Of a DNA stretch of 64,000 nucleotides, positions 22,701-33,796 are shown one piece after another. This stretch comes from Takakia lepidozioides (Eukaryota > Plantae > Bryophyta). Each line of letters starts with the position of its first letter. Within the stretch, counting starts at the first letter, position 1. The stretch covers positions 26,102,001 to 26,166,000 of the forward strand of contig CM060731.1 of NCBI GenBank assembly GCA_030704615.1, read 5' to 3'. The notes below the pieces were generated by a model that saw only the letters and a list, made by a program, of their open reading frames with translations, was not told where the DNA came from and did not search any database. The position numbers and the translations under genes were made by a program.

Positions 22701-25700
22701 AACCTCTAGACTCCAGATCAACCTCGAGACGAGTACTTATAACTCTGCAGAATGCCTTGCCAACAGCATTGAGGAGCGTGATGCCACGGTAGTTCCCCGG
22801 TTCTTCTCTGTCACCCTTCTTGTATAGATTGACAATGACCCCCTGTTGCCAGCGAAAGGGGATCATTTCAGTCTTCCAGATAAGGTTAAAGAGGAGAACT
22901 AGGGTCTCTACCATGGGATCGCCACCGTGCTTGATAAGCTCGTTGACAATACCATCAGGTCCACCAGCTTTATATCCATTTAAATGTTCAATTGCTTCCA
23001 CAATCTCAGAAGAACTAATGGGAGCATTATAAGCCATTGAAATATACTCCAGTTCATCAGGGCTGTTTTGAATCATAGGAACAGTTTTTCCAACTGTGTC
23101 CCTCCATTCAGCAGAAGACCCTTCACTGTTAGACGTAGAAGTTCTGCCAAGGATACTGTAGTGAGTTTCAAAGGTTTTGACAATGTCAACCGATGAAGTC
23201 ACCACTGCACCTTTAGTAGTCTTCAGCGCTTGTACTTGCTGACCGTTTTTCAGCTTGTACAAACGATGAAGGGCCAACCAGAATTTCTTGTCATTACCAC
23301 CATGGTGGTTTGAGTTTATTTCACTGTATAACTTGTCCCAGTATAATTTCTTCTGAGACCTAACAAGCTGATTGATATCTTTACGGAGCTGGTAGTACCT
23401 CGCCCACAATTCTCTGTTGGTTTCCAAATTGCAGCACTCTTTATAGAGGGCTCGTCTCTCAGCTATCTTGAGTTTAATCTCATTAGTCCACCAATTAACT
23501 GCTCTACTGCAGACAATTAGTTTCCTCCCAATGATCTTGTCAGCCACGGAGGAAACGAAACTCTCCCAAGAGTCCACTGCTCTTTCGACTTCATTTCTTG
23601 CATTAACAGAGCGTGACTGAAGTTCTTGGAGTGATTGGACAAAATGAGGGAGAGCCTCTTGCAAGGCCTGGACGTACTCAGCCTTGACCTCCTCATTGTG
23701 GAATTTTTCTATGCGCCACTTCCGAATCGAACGTTTCACAGATCTCTTGGTGGGAAAACACCTTTTGATCTCAGTCCAAACCAGTAAGTGGTCAGAGGTA
23801 CCAATATCAGTTCTGTCGATCAACACATTGGCACACTGGGGGAACAAAATTTTGTCCATTATGATATAGTCCACAATGGAACGTTCCCCAGTTTGGGATT
23901 TCTCACGAGTCCACTGCACTTGGTCACCTCTTGTCCTGTTATTCAAGGTCAAAAGCTGAAGCTCTTCTAGACAGTTAATTAACCGTCTGCCATTAGAATT
24001 CAGCTCGTCCTCACCAAAAGGTCCAATGATATTGTCCTGATGGATCCCTTTGCCCACCCGGGCATTGAAGTCCCCCAATAGTACCACCTGACCTTTGGCA
24101 AGGAACGAAGCACAGTCCAGCTTTACATCTTCGAAGGCCTTGTCTGCGTCAGCACTAAGGGTCCCCTCTGTGGGCATGTAAACACAACCAACAAAGAGGT
24201 CCTCTGTACTCATGCCGCCCTTCAAATTCAGTTTTAGCCAGATACTATGCTCGTACCTCAAACCCTTGTTGATAATTTCACAATTGTCAAACAAGAAATC
24301 ACGGACAAAGAATCCGACCCCTTTTTGACCGCGTTTGGCAGAGGCTGCCTTGAGAGTACACATCTTACCTGCCCATTTATAACCAATGACATCTCCAACC
24401 AGTTTATCCGACGTTTCCCATGTTTCTTGCCCAGCACAGATATGAATATCATTAGTCCGAAGAACTTGTCCCACTTCAAGTTGTTTCCTTTGGTTGGTCA
24501 ACCCTGAGAAGTTGAAAGTGGCCAGCGGCAAGCCAGCCCTTTGCGTGTGAATTGTTTGTCGTCTAGGTAGCTTGTGATTGCTCCTGGACGGCCAACCGTT
24601 CTGCAAAGGGGGGACAGTTACCCCATGTGTAGATTTTACTCGTCTTGTGTAAACTTTGAGAATTGGTAAACCATTCAGGGTACCAAATCTTTCAGTTACA
24701 CGACGCACAGGCTCCGCACACATAGGGGCAGATTGTCCGTCAGACTGCTTGGGGACAATTACCCCGTGTATAGATTTTGCTCGTCTTGTGTAGACTTTGA
24801 GGATTGGTAAACCATTTAGAGTACCAAATCCTTCAGTTACACGACGTTCAGGCTCTGCACACTTAGGGACAGATTGTCCATCTGACGGCTTGGGGACAAT
24901 TACCCCGTGTATAGAATTTGAGAGAGAGAGAGAGAGATTGTACTCATAAGACGTTGTTTGCCGTAGCCTTGTGGCCATTGACCCCGCGCCCAGTTTGAGC
25001 GGGAACAAAAGGGACAGAACCTACCTCTGTCAGGGGCTGACGTTGGTAGTAAGACTTACCTCCATATAAAGAATTAATCCGGGTTTTCCAGATATCCTCT
25101 AGAAATCCCTTCACACAAGCATCAAGAGAGAGAGAGAGAGTGAGAGAAGAAAACCTAAATATCAAGGGGCATAACTCACTGAAGATACCAAAAAAGATGG
25201 CCCAAAGACGATGTGCCCCAGGCCTAAAAAGAGAATACTGTTTACATCTCCTTGCAGATTAGCAATTGGACACATTTCGTAGATGTGGGTATCCAAGTAA
25301 GTGGGTCTCAAAGTTAAAAGATTGTACCTCTTTCTGTTTCTGTAGCAGTCAATCCATTCCCATGAGGAAAGCAGCTGTAAAAAGGTTGACTACTGCCAGA
25401 GCAAGTGTAAATGCTTCACCCTGAAGGGCTACTTGCCTTCCGTTTGGAAGGTGTACAGAATGAACATAGCTTAATGTGGATGTCTTGCTATGGATTTGTC
25501 AGTCAAAGTGTGTAGGGTGATTTGGGTCTGGAGTGCCCAATCCAAACTGGACCTGGGGTCTCTTTGTCCACAATACTACAGTAGGCATTGGCTGTCAGGC
25601 AGTTTTCCTCCTGGCCTGTCCCTCTCTGACAATGGCTCTTAGGAAATCCCCAGTAAGTAACACTGTATTCCAGGAACACCTACTTAAGATCAGATCTCCC

Positions 25701-28700
25701 CCATCATCCGGTCAAAAATTCTGTATGTATGTGCTTGGAGTGGGGACATAAGGGGTGGCCCAGGCATAGCTCAAACTCCATGCATGCTGGGCTGTGCGGG
25801 GATGGTGGGCAGCAAGCAAAGCCTGCTCTAGAGCTGCTGCGTGCGAAGGCGCGAAAGCACACCCAAGGCCGCCGGAGGATGACATCCTTGGATGACCAGA
25901 GGCTGCTTGCCTGGGCGGATGCAGGAGGAGGTGGAGTTAACTCTTAAGGGGGCTGCGCAGCTGCGCCCTTTGGCCTTGCTGTATGAAACCAAAGGTCTGT
26001 GGGCGTCTGCTTTGGAGATCTGGCAGACTTTGGCACTCAGCTCTGCACTGTCAAAAGACACTGGCCATGTGCACTCAAGTGGGATCATTGAATCTCAGTG
26101 GATGGCTGCAGAGGAAGCGGCACGGCTACTGGAGGCCTCCTCTGATAGCATGCTTGTCTTACAGCATGTGCAATGGGTAAGTCCTTTTGAACCAAAGCTG
26201 CTATTTAGCAGCTGAATTACAAGGTGTTAGAGCAGGAAGTTTGTTACAATCTCCTTGTAAGCAAACTAGGGGACACTTTTATGTTCAGAGGGTGTCTTGT
26301 GACCCTTAAGGTGGGGGTAGAAATAGAGTGAGAGGATAGCAGTGCCCTCAAGAGCCAAAAGACCCACCCAATGGCATTTCCTTAGGGGCATGCATTAGGC
26401 TTCTCAACTAGGCATTGCACCTGCTGCTTGATCCCTTAATTACAAATGAGTGGTTTTGGTTATGAGGGTTCTAATTTGTGTGGGTTTGAGACTGCAGATA
26501 TTGGAGCTAGACCAAGCTTTGGCTCTAAGAGTGCTGACATCATCAAACCGTTCTCAACCACTTCTGCCAGGTCTGCTTTTGAGGACTTAGGTGCATTGAG
26601 AGGATTTTGGTTATTCATGTGTTGCCTGTCTATTCTGTGATTTAGCATTTGGGCTGTTAAACAGACATCCTCTTTGCAGCCATGGGGATTCAACCCTCCA
26701 TGGGAGATTCTAGAATCACGGGAAAGAGAGACAAGTTGTGAGACAGGTACACACTGTCTGCTCGATAATGCGAGGAGTGTGTGGAAGAGAAAAACGAATG
26801 GTTGGACTCAAGGAAGCATAAGTTATGTGTCGCTTCACTGCAAAGGACAATTCCCCAAATACCCACACATTACAAATACCCACACAGCTGACTGGTTGAC
26901 TCACTGACTCCTATTATAGCTGGGTTGTCTATAAGAGTGTATGTTGGAGTTGGCTTCCAACATACACCTATGTGGCTTCGAACCAAGGTGACATTGTGTC
27001 TCAACCACTTGGTTATCTGCTGCGTGCTTAACGCGAAGAGCAGTAGACACTCCATTGGACACTTACCACTTGATAGAGTGTACTCATGAAAGTGAATTCA
27101 CTTCTGATATCACAGGTGCTGTGGTCTTGTTGCACTAGACCCTGTACAATAGGACTCTCAGTTGGACATAGCACAATGGTATGCCATTTTCAAATTCGAG
27201 CTTTATCCTAGCTCGTCTCAAATGCAGATGGGGAGGATGGACATTGTGTAAAGAATGGAAGAGAGAGAGGCTGTATGGTCATCTCAGAGGGCTCTTTGGG
27301 GGATTTTACAGGTAATGTTTTGACTCTGTTGGACTCTCATGAGGGCATCGTACGGCAAAGGTAACCTTAACTTTTTGCATCCACCTTTCACCCTTTCTAT
27401 CGAGTTACTGGGGTTGTACCACATGTTGTGCTTTGTGGTCTTTTGAGAATCTTTTGGGCACTTGCTGGGTGCACAAGTTTGGAAGCTAATCGAAGACAGT
27501 CCTAATCACCTAAAATAGTAGTTTTCCATTTCTAATGTTATGCCTGTGGGGTGCAGATATTTGCAATGGCTAGTGCAGGAGCAAGGATCTGAGGACAGTG
27601 TGTACCACACACAGCTGGCACTTTCTCTTGCAAGAGAAGCCTTAGATAGTCTCGCTCAGAGCTCAGTTGTTGACCAAGGAATTGTAGGGGGCAGTGTACC
27701 CAGTAGTAGCTTAGAAGGAAAAAGGATTCATGGACAGGACGAAACTGATAAGGATGAGAGAGGTCCGGAAAAATGCAATGGCAGTATGCATGGTGTTGAT
27801 GATCAAGGTAGTGACAACCAACAAGAGGATCGAGAGGGAGGACTGGACTGGGTTGACAAGTTGAAACAGGTTGATGCCATTGGATCTCCGCCAAGTGGCA
27901 CATCGAGGAATCAAGGAGTCATTAGAGAAATGCTCCAAACATTTTTGGAAGCCTCTGACAGCTATGAGGCTGAGGCAGTTCTGACTCTAATACAGGATTC
28001 CGAGCTATGGCGGGAGCAAGTGAGTTGGTTGCATCAGTTTCGTGGTAAATTTGAAAGTTTCTGTTCTGCTGTTTTAACCTTTTAATCTTTAGGGTGTCAC
28101 TAAGATAAGGCAGAATTCTTCACAGATGCTCAGATGATCCTTTGGTGTGGCAGGTCATACTGCATCAGAAATTGGGAGATGAATTGGCAGCTCTTCGCAC
28201 TTTAGCCTTGTAAGTTTTGCTCTTCTGAATCTCTTCCCTTCTGTAGTAATCACTACCATTATGAGATCCCGATATTAGGTCCTACCCCCTAGTAGATAGA
28301 AAGTGAAGTAGAGAGGTAGCCTTATGTGTTGATGGCTGCTAGGTGTGAGGGCATGCAAAAACTTAATTTATCCTCTGAAATGTCCCATTTTCATGTGGTA
28401 AAGCACCCATGAGCAGACAGGGTTTATGTAGAAAATAGTTGTTATTAGGAGCTATTCCAGGCTGAGGTTACTTGGGACTGTGGAAGCAGTGATGGTATGC
28501 CTGGGTATCCAGCTTACAAAGGGAACTATACTGAACCATACTGAACTTCATCATCGAGGGGGGAACGTGCCTTTGTCTGGTTACAGATTTTTAGGGTCAG
28601 TTCAAGCTTCTCACAATGGGATTTATTAACCTCTAGCCCACTGCAGGTGGTTGTTCGATGGCTTTTCTCATAGGAGTTTTGTACTGGAGAGCGTAAGTTG

Positions 28701-30043
28701 AAGATGTGTGTGGTGGGTTACTGTCTAGTAGGAAGCTTGAGGACAGTGAGGCTGCTGAACAATACTGTGCCAAGCTTGGCAGACCGGAGGCATACATGCA
28801 GTAAGTGCTCCCCTTATTCCCATAGCTTAATGCTGTTTGCGTTTGCTACTTTCCTCCCTATTTTCCAGGTACACAGTACACGTACACAGCACATTTTTGG
28901 GTGGAATTGCTGTCATGTTTATCCGAGGAAGATACTGTCCACGACTTTCACCATGTATACATAAAATAATACATATTTGTTCTGACTTTGAAAGAGATCC
29001 TTTTGTTCTCCCAGGCATGGTGATGAAGATTAATTTTACAGAGATCAATGAATGGATGTATGTCCAGCCGGCTGGACGTGGATCAGTCATTTCATTCCAG
29101 ATTGAAGGGTAACTGCAGTGAGATAGGGGCTTATTATTGGAATCAATGACATCAATACCGCTATTTTGAAAGTCATGAATGGCGCTTTAGCTACTTGCAC
29201 TTCTCTTTCATTTGTCCACTGCGTTCATCTCCCATGTGCAGATTGCTGGACATGTATTTACAGCCTGGAGAAGGGAGAGAACCCATGCATGGGGCTGCAG
29301 TGCTGCTGCTACACTGCCATGGCGCGTTTCTTGATCCTCTTCAAGTCCTTGAGGTTTGTTTGCATTATGGCTCTCATTTTGTCACCACTCATTTGCTTCT
29401 ACAGCTAAACACTGCGGCAATACCTAGAAAGTATTTACTTTGTGAAGGGGCCTCTTTCCTGTGAGGAAGATCATTCCCTTGTTGTTTTGAGAAATCAAAA
29501 GGATGTACCTTACATTTAAGCTTGTATCTCTGCAGTACCTCTTGGAATGTAAGTGTCATAAGATTGAGTTGTGATTTTGGTGGGCAGGCACTGTCTCCGG
29601 AGATGCCCCTTCCATTGGCCTCTCAAACTGTTGCACGGATGCTGCGCGCTCGTGTGCACCGTCATCGCCAAGGCCAGGTCCTTTGTCTCTCTTCCTTTTG
29701 CCCCATAAGCTCTTCGAGCTTTCCTAGATATTATAAGTATCTTATCCCTCACACATGCACAGGGTCACCCCCTCCATCTCCGTACTGAGTTCATAAAAAT
29801 TGGATGAGGGATTCACAGAATAGTGTTGTGTGTTCTACATACTGATTGGCTTCGTAGGCTTTGGGAGTAGATTGTCAGGCAGCTAACGAGGGCCGACAAC
29901 CTGGAAGCACGGGTGGCACGAGTGGAGGAGAGGTCCCGCCATGTTTGCATCACTACAGACACCACCTGTGCTCGTTGCCGTTCGCGCATTGGCACGAAGC
30001 TCTTTGCACTTTACCCTGATGATTGTGTTGTCTGCTACAAGGT

Positions 30044-30088
<45 letters not shown>

Positions 30089-30963
30089 GAGTACTCATGA
30101 CCACTTTCTTGTCTGGAGAGATGAAAAGATGTATTCGTAACACTGAAATCTTCAACTAGAAAGTCGCGCATAAAAAATTCTGCAGGGAAGAGGTCGAGAG
30201 AGAATATGTCGAGGCCTTGAAAAAGGCTCTCCCACCCTTTATCCAATCGCTCCAAGATCTCCCCTCTTGCTTATGTGATGCAAGAAGCAAGGTCAAAAGA
30301 GCCAGAGGCTCTTGGGAGAGGAGTTGTCACTTCGGTGGCGGATAATATCATTGGAAGGAAACTAATTGTATGCAGAAGAGCAGTGATATTACAGCAATCC
30401 CTGTAAAGCTCCTGTCTCTTAGCAATCTTAAGCTTGATCGATCTCATTGGTCCACCAATTCCAAAGATGAATGATATTCTTGAGTGAAGGGCCTTATTGA
30501 TTCTTCTGGAAAGCCTGAACCAATTGTTTATACCAAGGTAAGTCCACTACAGGACTGAGCCCCTCAGGAAGGTAGTGTTTGCTCCGCCCAAATTGGGCGC
30601 GGTGTCTATGGCCACAAGGCTATGGCAAACAACGTCTCATGAGTCCATTTTCGTCTAATGCATTGAAGTTGTCTATCTTTATTGATGCTGTTGTAAAGAG
30701 CGTTTGGAAGGCCAGAGCATTTTTTGCTATTGCTATAATTAGTCGAACTTTCTGTCCCGTCTTATCCTACGCAGTTAGTGTCATGTTCATACAATTCATG
30801 GATAAGGGAGGGCCTTGACAGGTGTTGACGATTTTTCTTTGAATGGATGCAGTGTTCACGGCTCTTTGGGGAGCACATATGCCCTGTAACTGGTCGAGAC
30901 TTTGAAAAAGATCCTGCTTCTAGGTTGCCTCATTTAATAAGAAGTAACAGTCAAGTCACGTAA
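16766..30963 (+). CDS. VPS3: VPS3/TGFBRAP1-like vacuolar sorting protein (CNH + Vps39 domains, C-terminal Zn finger), ~14 exons
   Basis: LYLGTDNG (CNH start), EQVRELLKQRQFDEAV, PRKRYWGLHPPP, DTLLLKLY and CARCRSRIGTKLFALYPDDCVVCYKC. Approximate exons: 16766-18544, 18895-19176, 19711-19916, 20100-20241, 25925-26176, 26498-26570, 27312-27360, 27557-28020, 28154-28209, 28732-28800, 29242-29353, 29588-29677, 29871-30041, 30853-30963. Confidence 0.88.
20941..24978 (-). CDS. LINE polyprotein: APE endonuclease + reverse transcriptase + C-terminal CCHC finger (RTE/RTEX-like architecture), uninterrupted ORF
   Basis: APE: TFNFSGL, QETW, VYMP, GDFNAR, IVDYI, SDH. RT: NYRGITLL, DVKKAYD, QGCTLSPLLF, FADD, YLG. 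CPLC...H...C near the C-terminus. More than 1300 codons without a stop. Confidence 0.95.
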   Translation of the reverse strand: MATRLRQTTSYEYNLSLSLSNSIHGVIVPKPSDGQSVPKCAEPERRVTEGFGTLNGLPILKVYTRRAKSIHGVIVPKQSDGQSAPMCAEPVRRVTERFGTLNGLPILKVYTRRVKSTHGVTVPPLQNGWPSRSNHKLPRRQTIHTQRAGLPLATFNFSGLTNQRKQLEVGQVLRTNDIHICAGQETWETSDKLVGDVIGYKWAGKMCTLKAASAKRGQKGVGFFVRDFLFDNCEIINKGLRYEHSIWLKLNLKGGMSTEDLFVGCVYMPTEGTLSADADKAFEDVKLDCASFLAKGQVVLLGDFNARVGKGIHQDNIIGPFGEDELNSNGRRLINCLEELQLLTLNNRTRGDQVQWTREKSQTGERSIVDYIIMDKILFPQCANVLIDRTDIGTSDHLLVWTEIKRCFPTKRSVKRSIRKWRIEKFHNEEVKAEYVQALQEALPHFVQSLQELQSRSVNARNEVERAVDSWESFVSSVADKIIGRKLIVCSRAVNWWTNEIKLKIAERRALYKECCNLETNRELWARYYQLRKDINQLVRSQKKLYWDKLYSEINSNHHGGNDKKFWLALHRLYKLKNGQQVQALKTTKGAVVTSSVDIVKTFETHYSILGRTSTSNSEGSSAEWRDTVGKTVPMIQNSPDELEYISMAYNAPISSSEIVEAIEHLNGYKAGGPDGIVNELIKHGGDPMVETLVLLFNLIWKTEMIPFRWQQGVIVNLYKKGDREEPGNYRGITLLNAVGKAFCRVISTRLEVDLESRGCFHEGQAGFRRNRGCVDHIFTLSQIIQGRKKEGKPTYVFFLDVKKAYDTVWRDGLWFRLWSCGIKGKMWRVVHNLYAHTTSCVTVNGQKSNFFDIDQGVAQGCTLSPLLFNVFINQLLEDVESEGFGLRVGDTTIPALMFADDFAGIGETPTNLQELIDCAKRYFDLWGLEANVSKCAVVAFNDRGEGGSDLKWQWGSQEIPVLPSYTYLGVEFSSNCNWDAHIRKVVQTGKGKALGLTKFFHCRGVNSEVKKTMLCRVIRPALEYGSAIWVDNSNQAKSLESIQVGVLKECMSACSKTANVAVRGEFGIPSLSSRRDEFKVRWWGQLQHMPNTRYPKLIDSISWKQDRPVKQAKSWQKRVEEILKDLDLDPQVLTLLDKSDLEAVVSSAMSVAMRLSDENEVRQKTSLNLFPVSDMGEDILDDLKGLPTLGTRLKFKLRAGSLPLNSKQKQRGKGECNCPLCGQSEDSIHFLIHCPGFSHQRDVLFKSIKEIVPVPLFTTFESLEAEPKAQALLRPSFWANHTQQIDACVKGCLEDIWKTQINSIYEGKSYYQRQPLTEVGSVPFVPAQTGRGVNGHKATANNVL
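24605..24918 (-). repeat. 141-bp (47-codon) tandem repeat, ~2.2 copies, at the 5' end of the LINE
   Basis: TACCCC(G/A)TGT.TAGA at 24619, 24760 and 24901. The protein repeat is SIHGVIVPK...LKVYTRR. Confidence 0.9.
30045..30652 (+). mobile_element. (CT)n microsatellite followed by old fragments of the same LINE family in the opposite orientation (last VPS3 intron)
   Basis: (CT)n at 30045-30082. 30085-30385 aligns with LINE residues SDHLLVW...EEVKAEYVQAL...ADKIIGRKLIVCSRAV. 30585-30650 matches the family 3' end (GGCCACAAGGCTATGGCAAACAACGTCTCATGAGT). Confidence 0.8.
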
Positions 30964-31891
30964 GGCTTGCTTAAAGACAGCTTCAAAGCGCAAGCGCTTA
31001 CTGGAAATGACCCATTCATGTAGTGTGCAGCTGAAATTATGTTCTCGCCATGTGGAAAGGGTTTCATTTCTCATTCTCACCATGGAAAATTTGAGGTTCC
31101 ATTCAGTTAAATGCCAGTTTAATAGTTATGTCTGTTGTTAGTCAGATTATGGATTGACCTATGCATCTTCCCACATCTATGTGGTCTTCATTCCTAATTC
31201 GGAACATTCATACCATGCAAAGTAGAAGAAATCCCCAAATCTGTACATTGTCAGATTGTTGCTGGAGTAAGCACTGAATGGTGAAAAACGGTGGTATTGA
31301 CATAGTGGGACTATGCCTTGCAGTTGTCTGGCCACAGACATTGTATTTTCATGCATTATTAAAACTCTATTTCTATGCATACAAGTCATGAGGTCGTGGG
31401 TTCATATAACAATGAATGAGATGATGAGTATGAATCTTAATATCTCTACTAATAGAATTCTTTTATTCTTATTACTTGAAAAATAAAATTGCATGTGTCA
31501 TACATGGAATACATGACATATGGTATTATTTTCATGCACAGTCACGCATAAGAAATCAGTTGCATTGTCATACATACATACAGACATACGATGTGATGTG
31601 TGTCCATGCAAGACTTCTGTCTGAAGACAGCTGACGTATTTCCATGCATGACATGCGACTATGCAAGATGAGCATTTAACCTTGGAACTTTTTTGAAGTT
31701 GCAAAATCAAACAAAAGCTCTAGTATTATCTGACATCATACACTAATTGGTACCCGAACCTGAGACCCCACATGCATGACCATGTATTTCTCATGTATTT
31801 CCATACATGTGTGACTATGCGTGAAGATGAGCATCGACTCAGGACTTAGAATTTTTTTGAAGTAGCAGCGCAAAAGCCTCAGTTGCAGAAC

Positions 31892-31958
31892 TGTTCAAGT
31901 CCGACCCTACAACCTCTGCTTTCGGGAAGGAGCGATCACACCACTGAGCTGCGTACTG
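31892..31958 (-). other. Degenerate tRNA-like sequence (tRNA pseudogene or SINE head)
   Basis: Minus strand reads GCAGCTCAGTGG (A-box-like) ... AGAGGTTGTAGGGTCGGACTT (variable loop and B-box-like) at tRNA spacing. The acceptor stem is not intact. Confidence 0.4.
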
Positions 31959-33796
31959 GACTGCGTGCTGCTACATCACAACAAGTCCGAATTTAATGCT
32001 ACTTATACAGAAAAAGGGACTCTAGACTGCGTGGGGCCTACCACGACATGGGCGTCGTCGCGGTGACCGCGCGGATCTGAGGCGCCAGACTGGGGGGGCG
32101 CGGCTGCGGGTGGGCGGCGGGCCACGTACGCTTACCAGGCCCGGGCGCATTCAACTCCCGGGCCTCTACTGTTACTTGTCATTGTTGTCATCTAATCCTA
32201 GTCCCCAACACTTGACCCTAGTCCCCAATCCTAGTCCCCAACACAAATAAGAGTCAACCGTCATCTGGAGTTGTGGGAGTCCCACCCAAATGAGTGGTGT
32301 ATTTGAAATCACAGTTACAAACTACAAACTAGACCACATTGATGATTGAGGACTCCACAACAAGTTCTGTCCTCTCTTTCCTCCCTTCTTTGTCCTTTCC
32401 CAGGTTTTGGGGTTTTTCTATCCTATGTTCAAATACCTCATGTTTCCTGTAAATAAAGTTGTACAGGATTTCATCGACTGTAGTTTGTACTGCCTTCCAG
32501 CCGTCCACTTGTGGCCTGTTGGTTGTAGAGTAAGAACTGGACAAACATTGGCCATCCACAACATTGCCTCGTTTTTGGAGTGGAGGTTTGTGGTAGTCTC
32601 TTGTCTGAGGCTCGCCATCATGTGGCGAACAACGAGGTTCCATGAGCATTGCAAACATACAATCTTGTCTAATGAGCACATGCTGAGGACCCACAAGAGC
32701 AGGGATCTCTCATGTTGCGATGGTGGACACTTCTGCAGCAGAGGGAGGAGCTTACTAAAGCTATGGCTGAGGGGAGATGACAGGGGAGGGTGAGCTAGTT
32801 ATGTAGGTGCTAGATCTCCGAGTTATGTTGTTTTGGACGTGGGACGTGTTCTTCCTTGTGGCCACTGTGATGGCAGCGAGGGAGCCAGTCTCTATTGAGT
32901 TGCAGCCGCGGTGCTAGACCCGGGGGAGACACTCGGAAGAGAGGATTGATGTGGGCTTGCCAGTGCTGGATGGGCATCCACGCAGAGAGTGAGAATCTGT
33001 TAACTGAAATTATGTCGATAGAGATTTTGCGTGGTGGCACACTGTTCATGGAAATAGAGACGACATTGCAAAGGTGCATGGCGGTCCTGGGATAAGGAAG
33101 GGGTTGAAACTTCAGTACGCTCTAGGTGGCGTGGGTTCGGTGATTGAGAATGCACTGGGCATAGATTTAGTGATCAATACAGATTCATTGTCACTGCACG
33201 TACTTACCAATAACTGGAGATCGGCGACTTCCCTCAATAGACAATTCATCCACTGACAGTTTCTCCCAAATGCCGGTGGAGCAATCTATTCAAAACAGGG
33301 ACCTACCATTTGGCTAAGCTAGTACTAGGAAACCTCAATAGCAGATTTGTTAGATCAGACCAGTGGCTTAAGGAAAATATACTCGATCTTATACCGATAC
33401 TTCGAGCTAGTGTCTGCTTTTGGCCAAGGAAAAAAATCAGTGAGTTACAATCACTGTACATGAAACATATATACCACTGTCGCCCAGGGTCAACGATTGC
33501 AATCTGTTTCCTAAACTGCATTGGGCTGGATTGCATCAAACAGCTAACCTGGCGAAGTGAAGACTAATTCACAGGTTCGGTGGTACATAACTGTAGTCTG
33601 TGAGATTATGGCATTAATTTATGAAGGGTCCCTAGGAGAACACCTCCTTAGACTATCCTTCGTGCGTGAGGACTGTCAGTAGAGCCCAAGATGGGATCAC
33701 ACTCGAGTGCAAATTCTATCCTACAATCACCATTATAGAATTTGTAATCACCATTCGAGTGATCACGCTCGAATGAGTAGGAATTTGCAAATTCTC

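Larger units (their letters stand above)
20268..25150 (-). mobile_element. Head-to-tail array of a (TC)n-tailed non-LTR retrotransposon: one near full-length copy plus several 3'-end fragments, in VPS3 intron 4
   Basis: The 3' terminus ...CAACGTCTTATGAGTAC + (TC)n recurs on the minus strand at ~24940, 20935, 20425, 20378 and 20282. Each unit is delimited by a (GA)n tract on the + strand. Confidence 0.9.
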
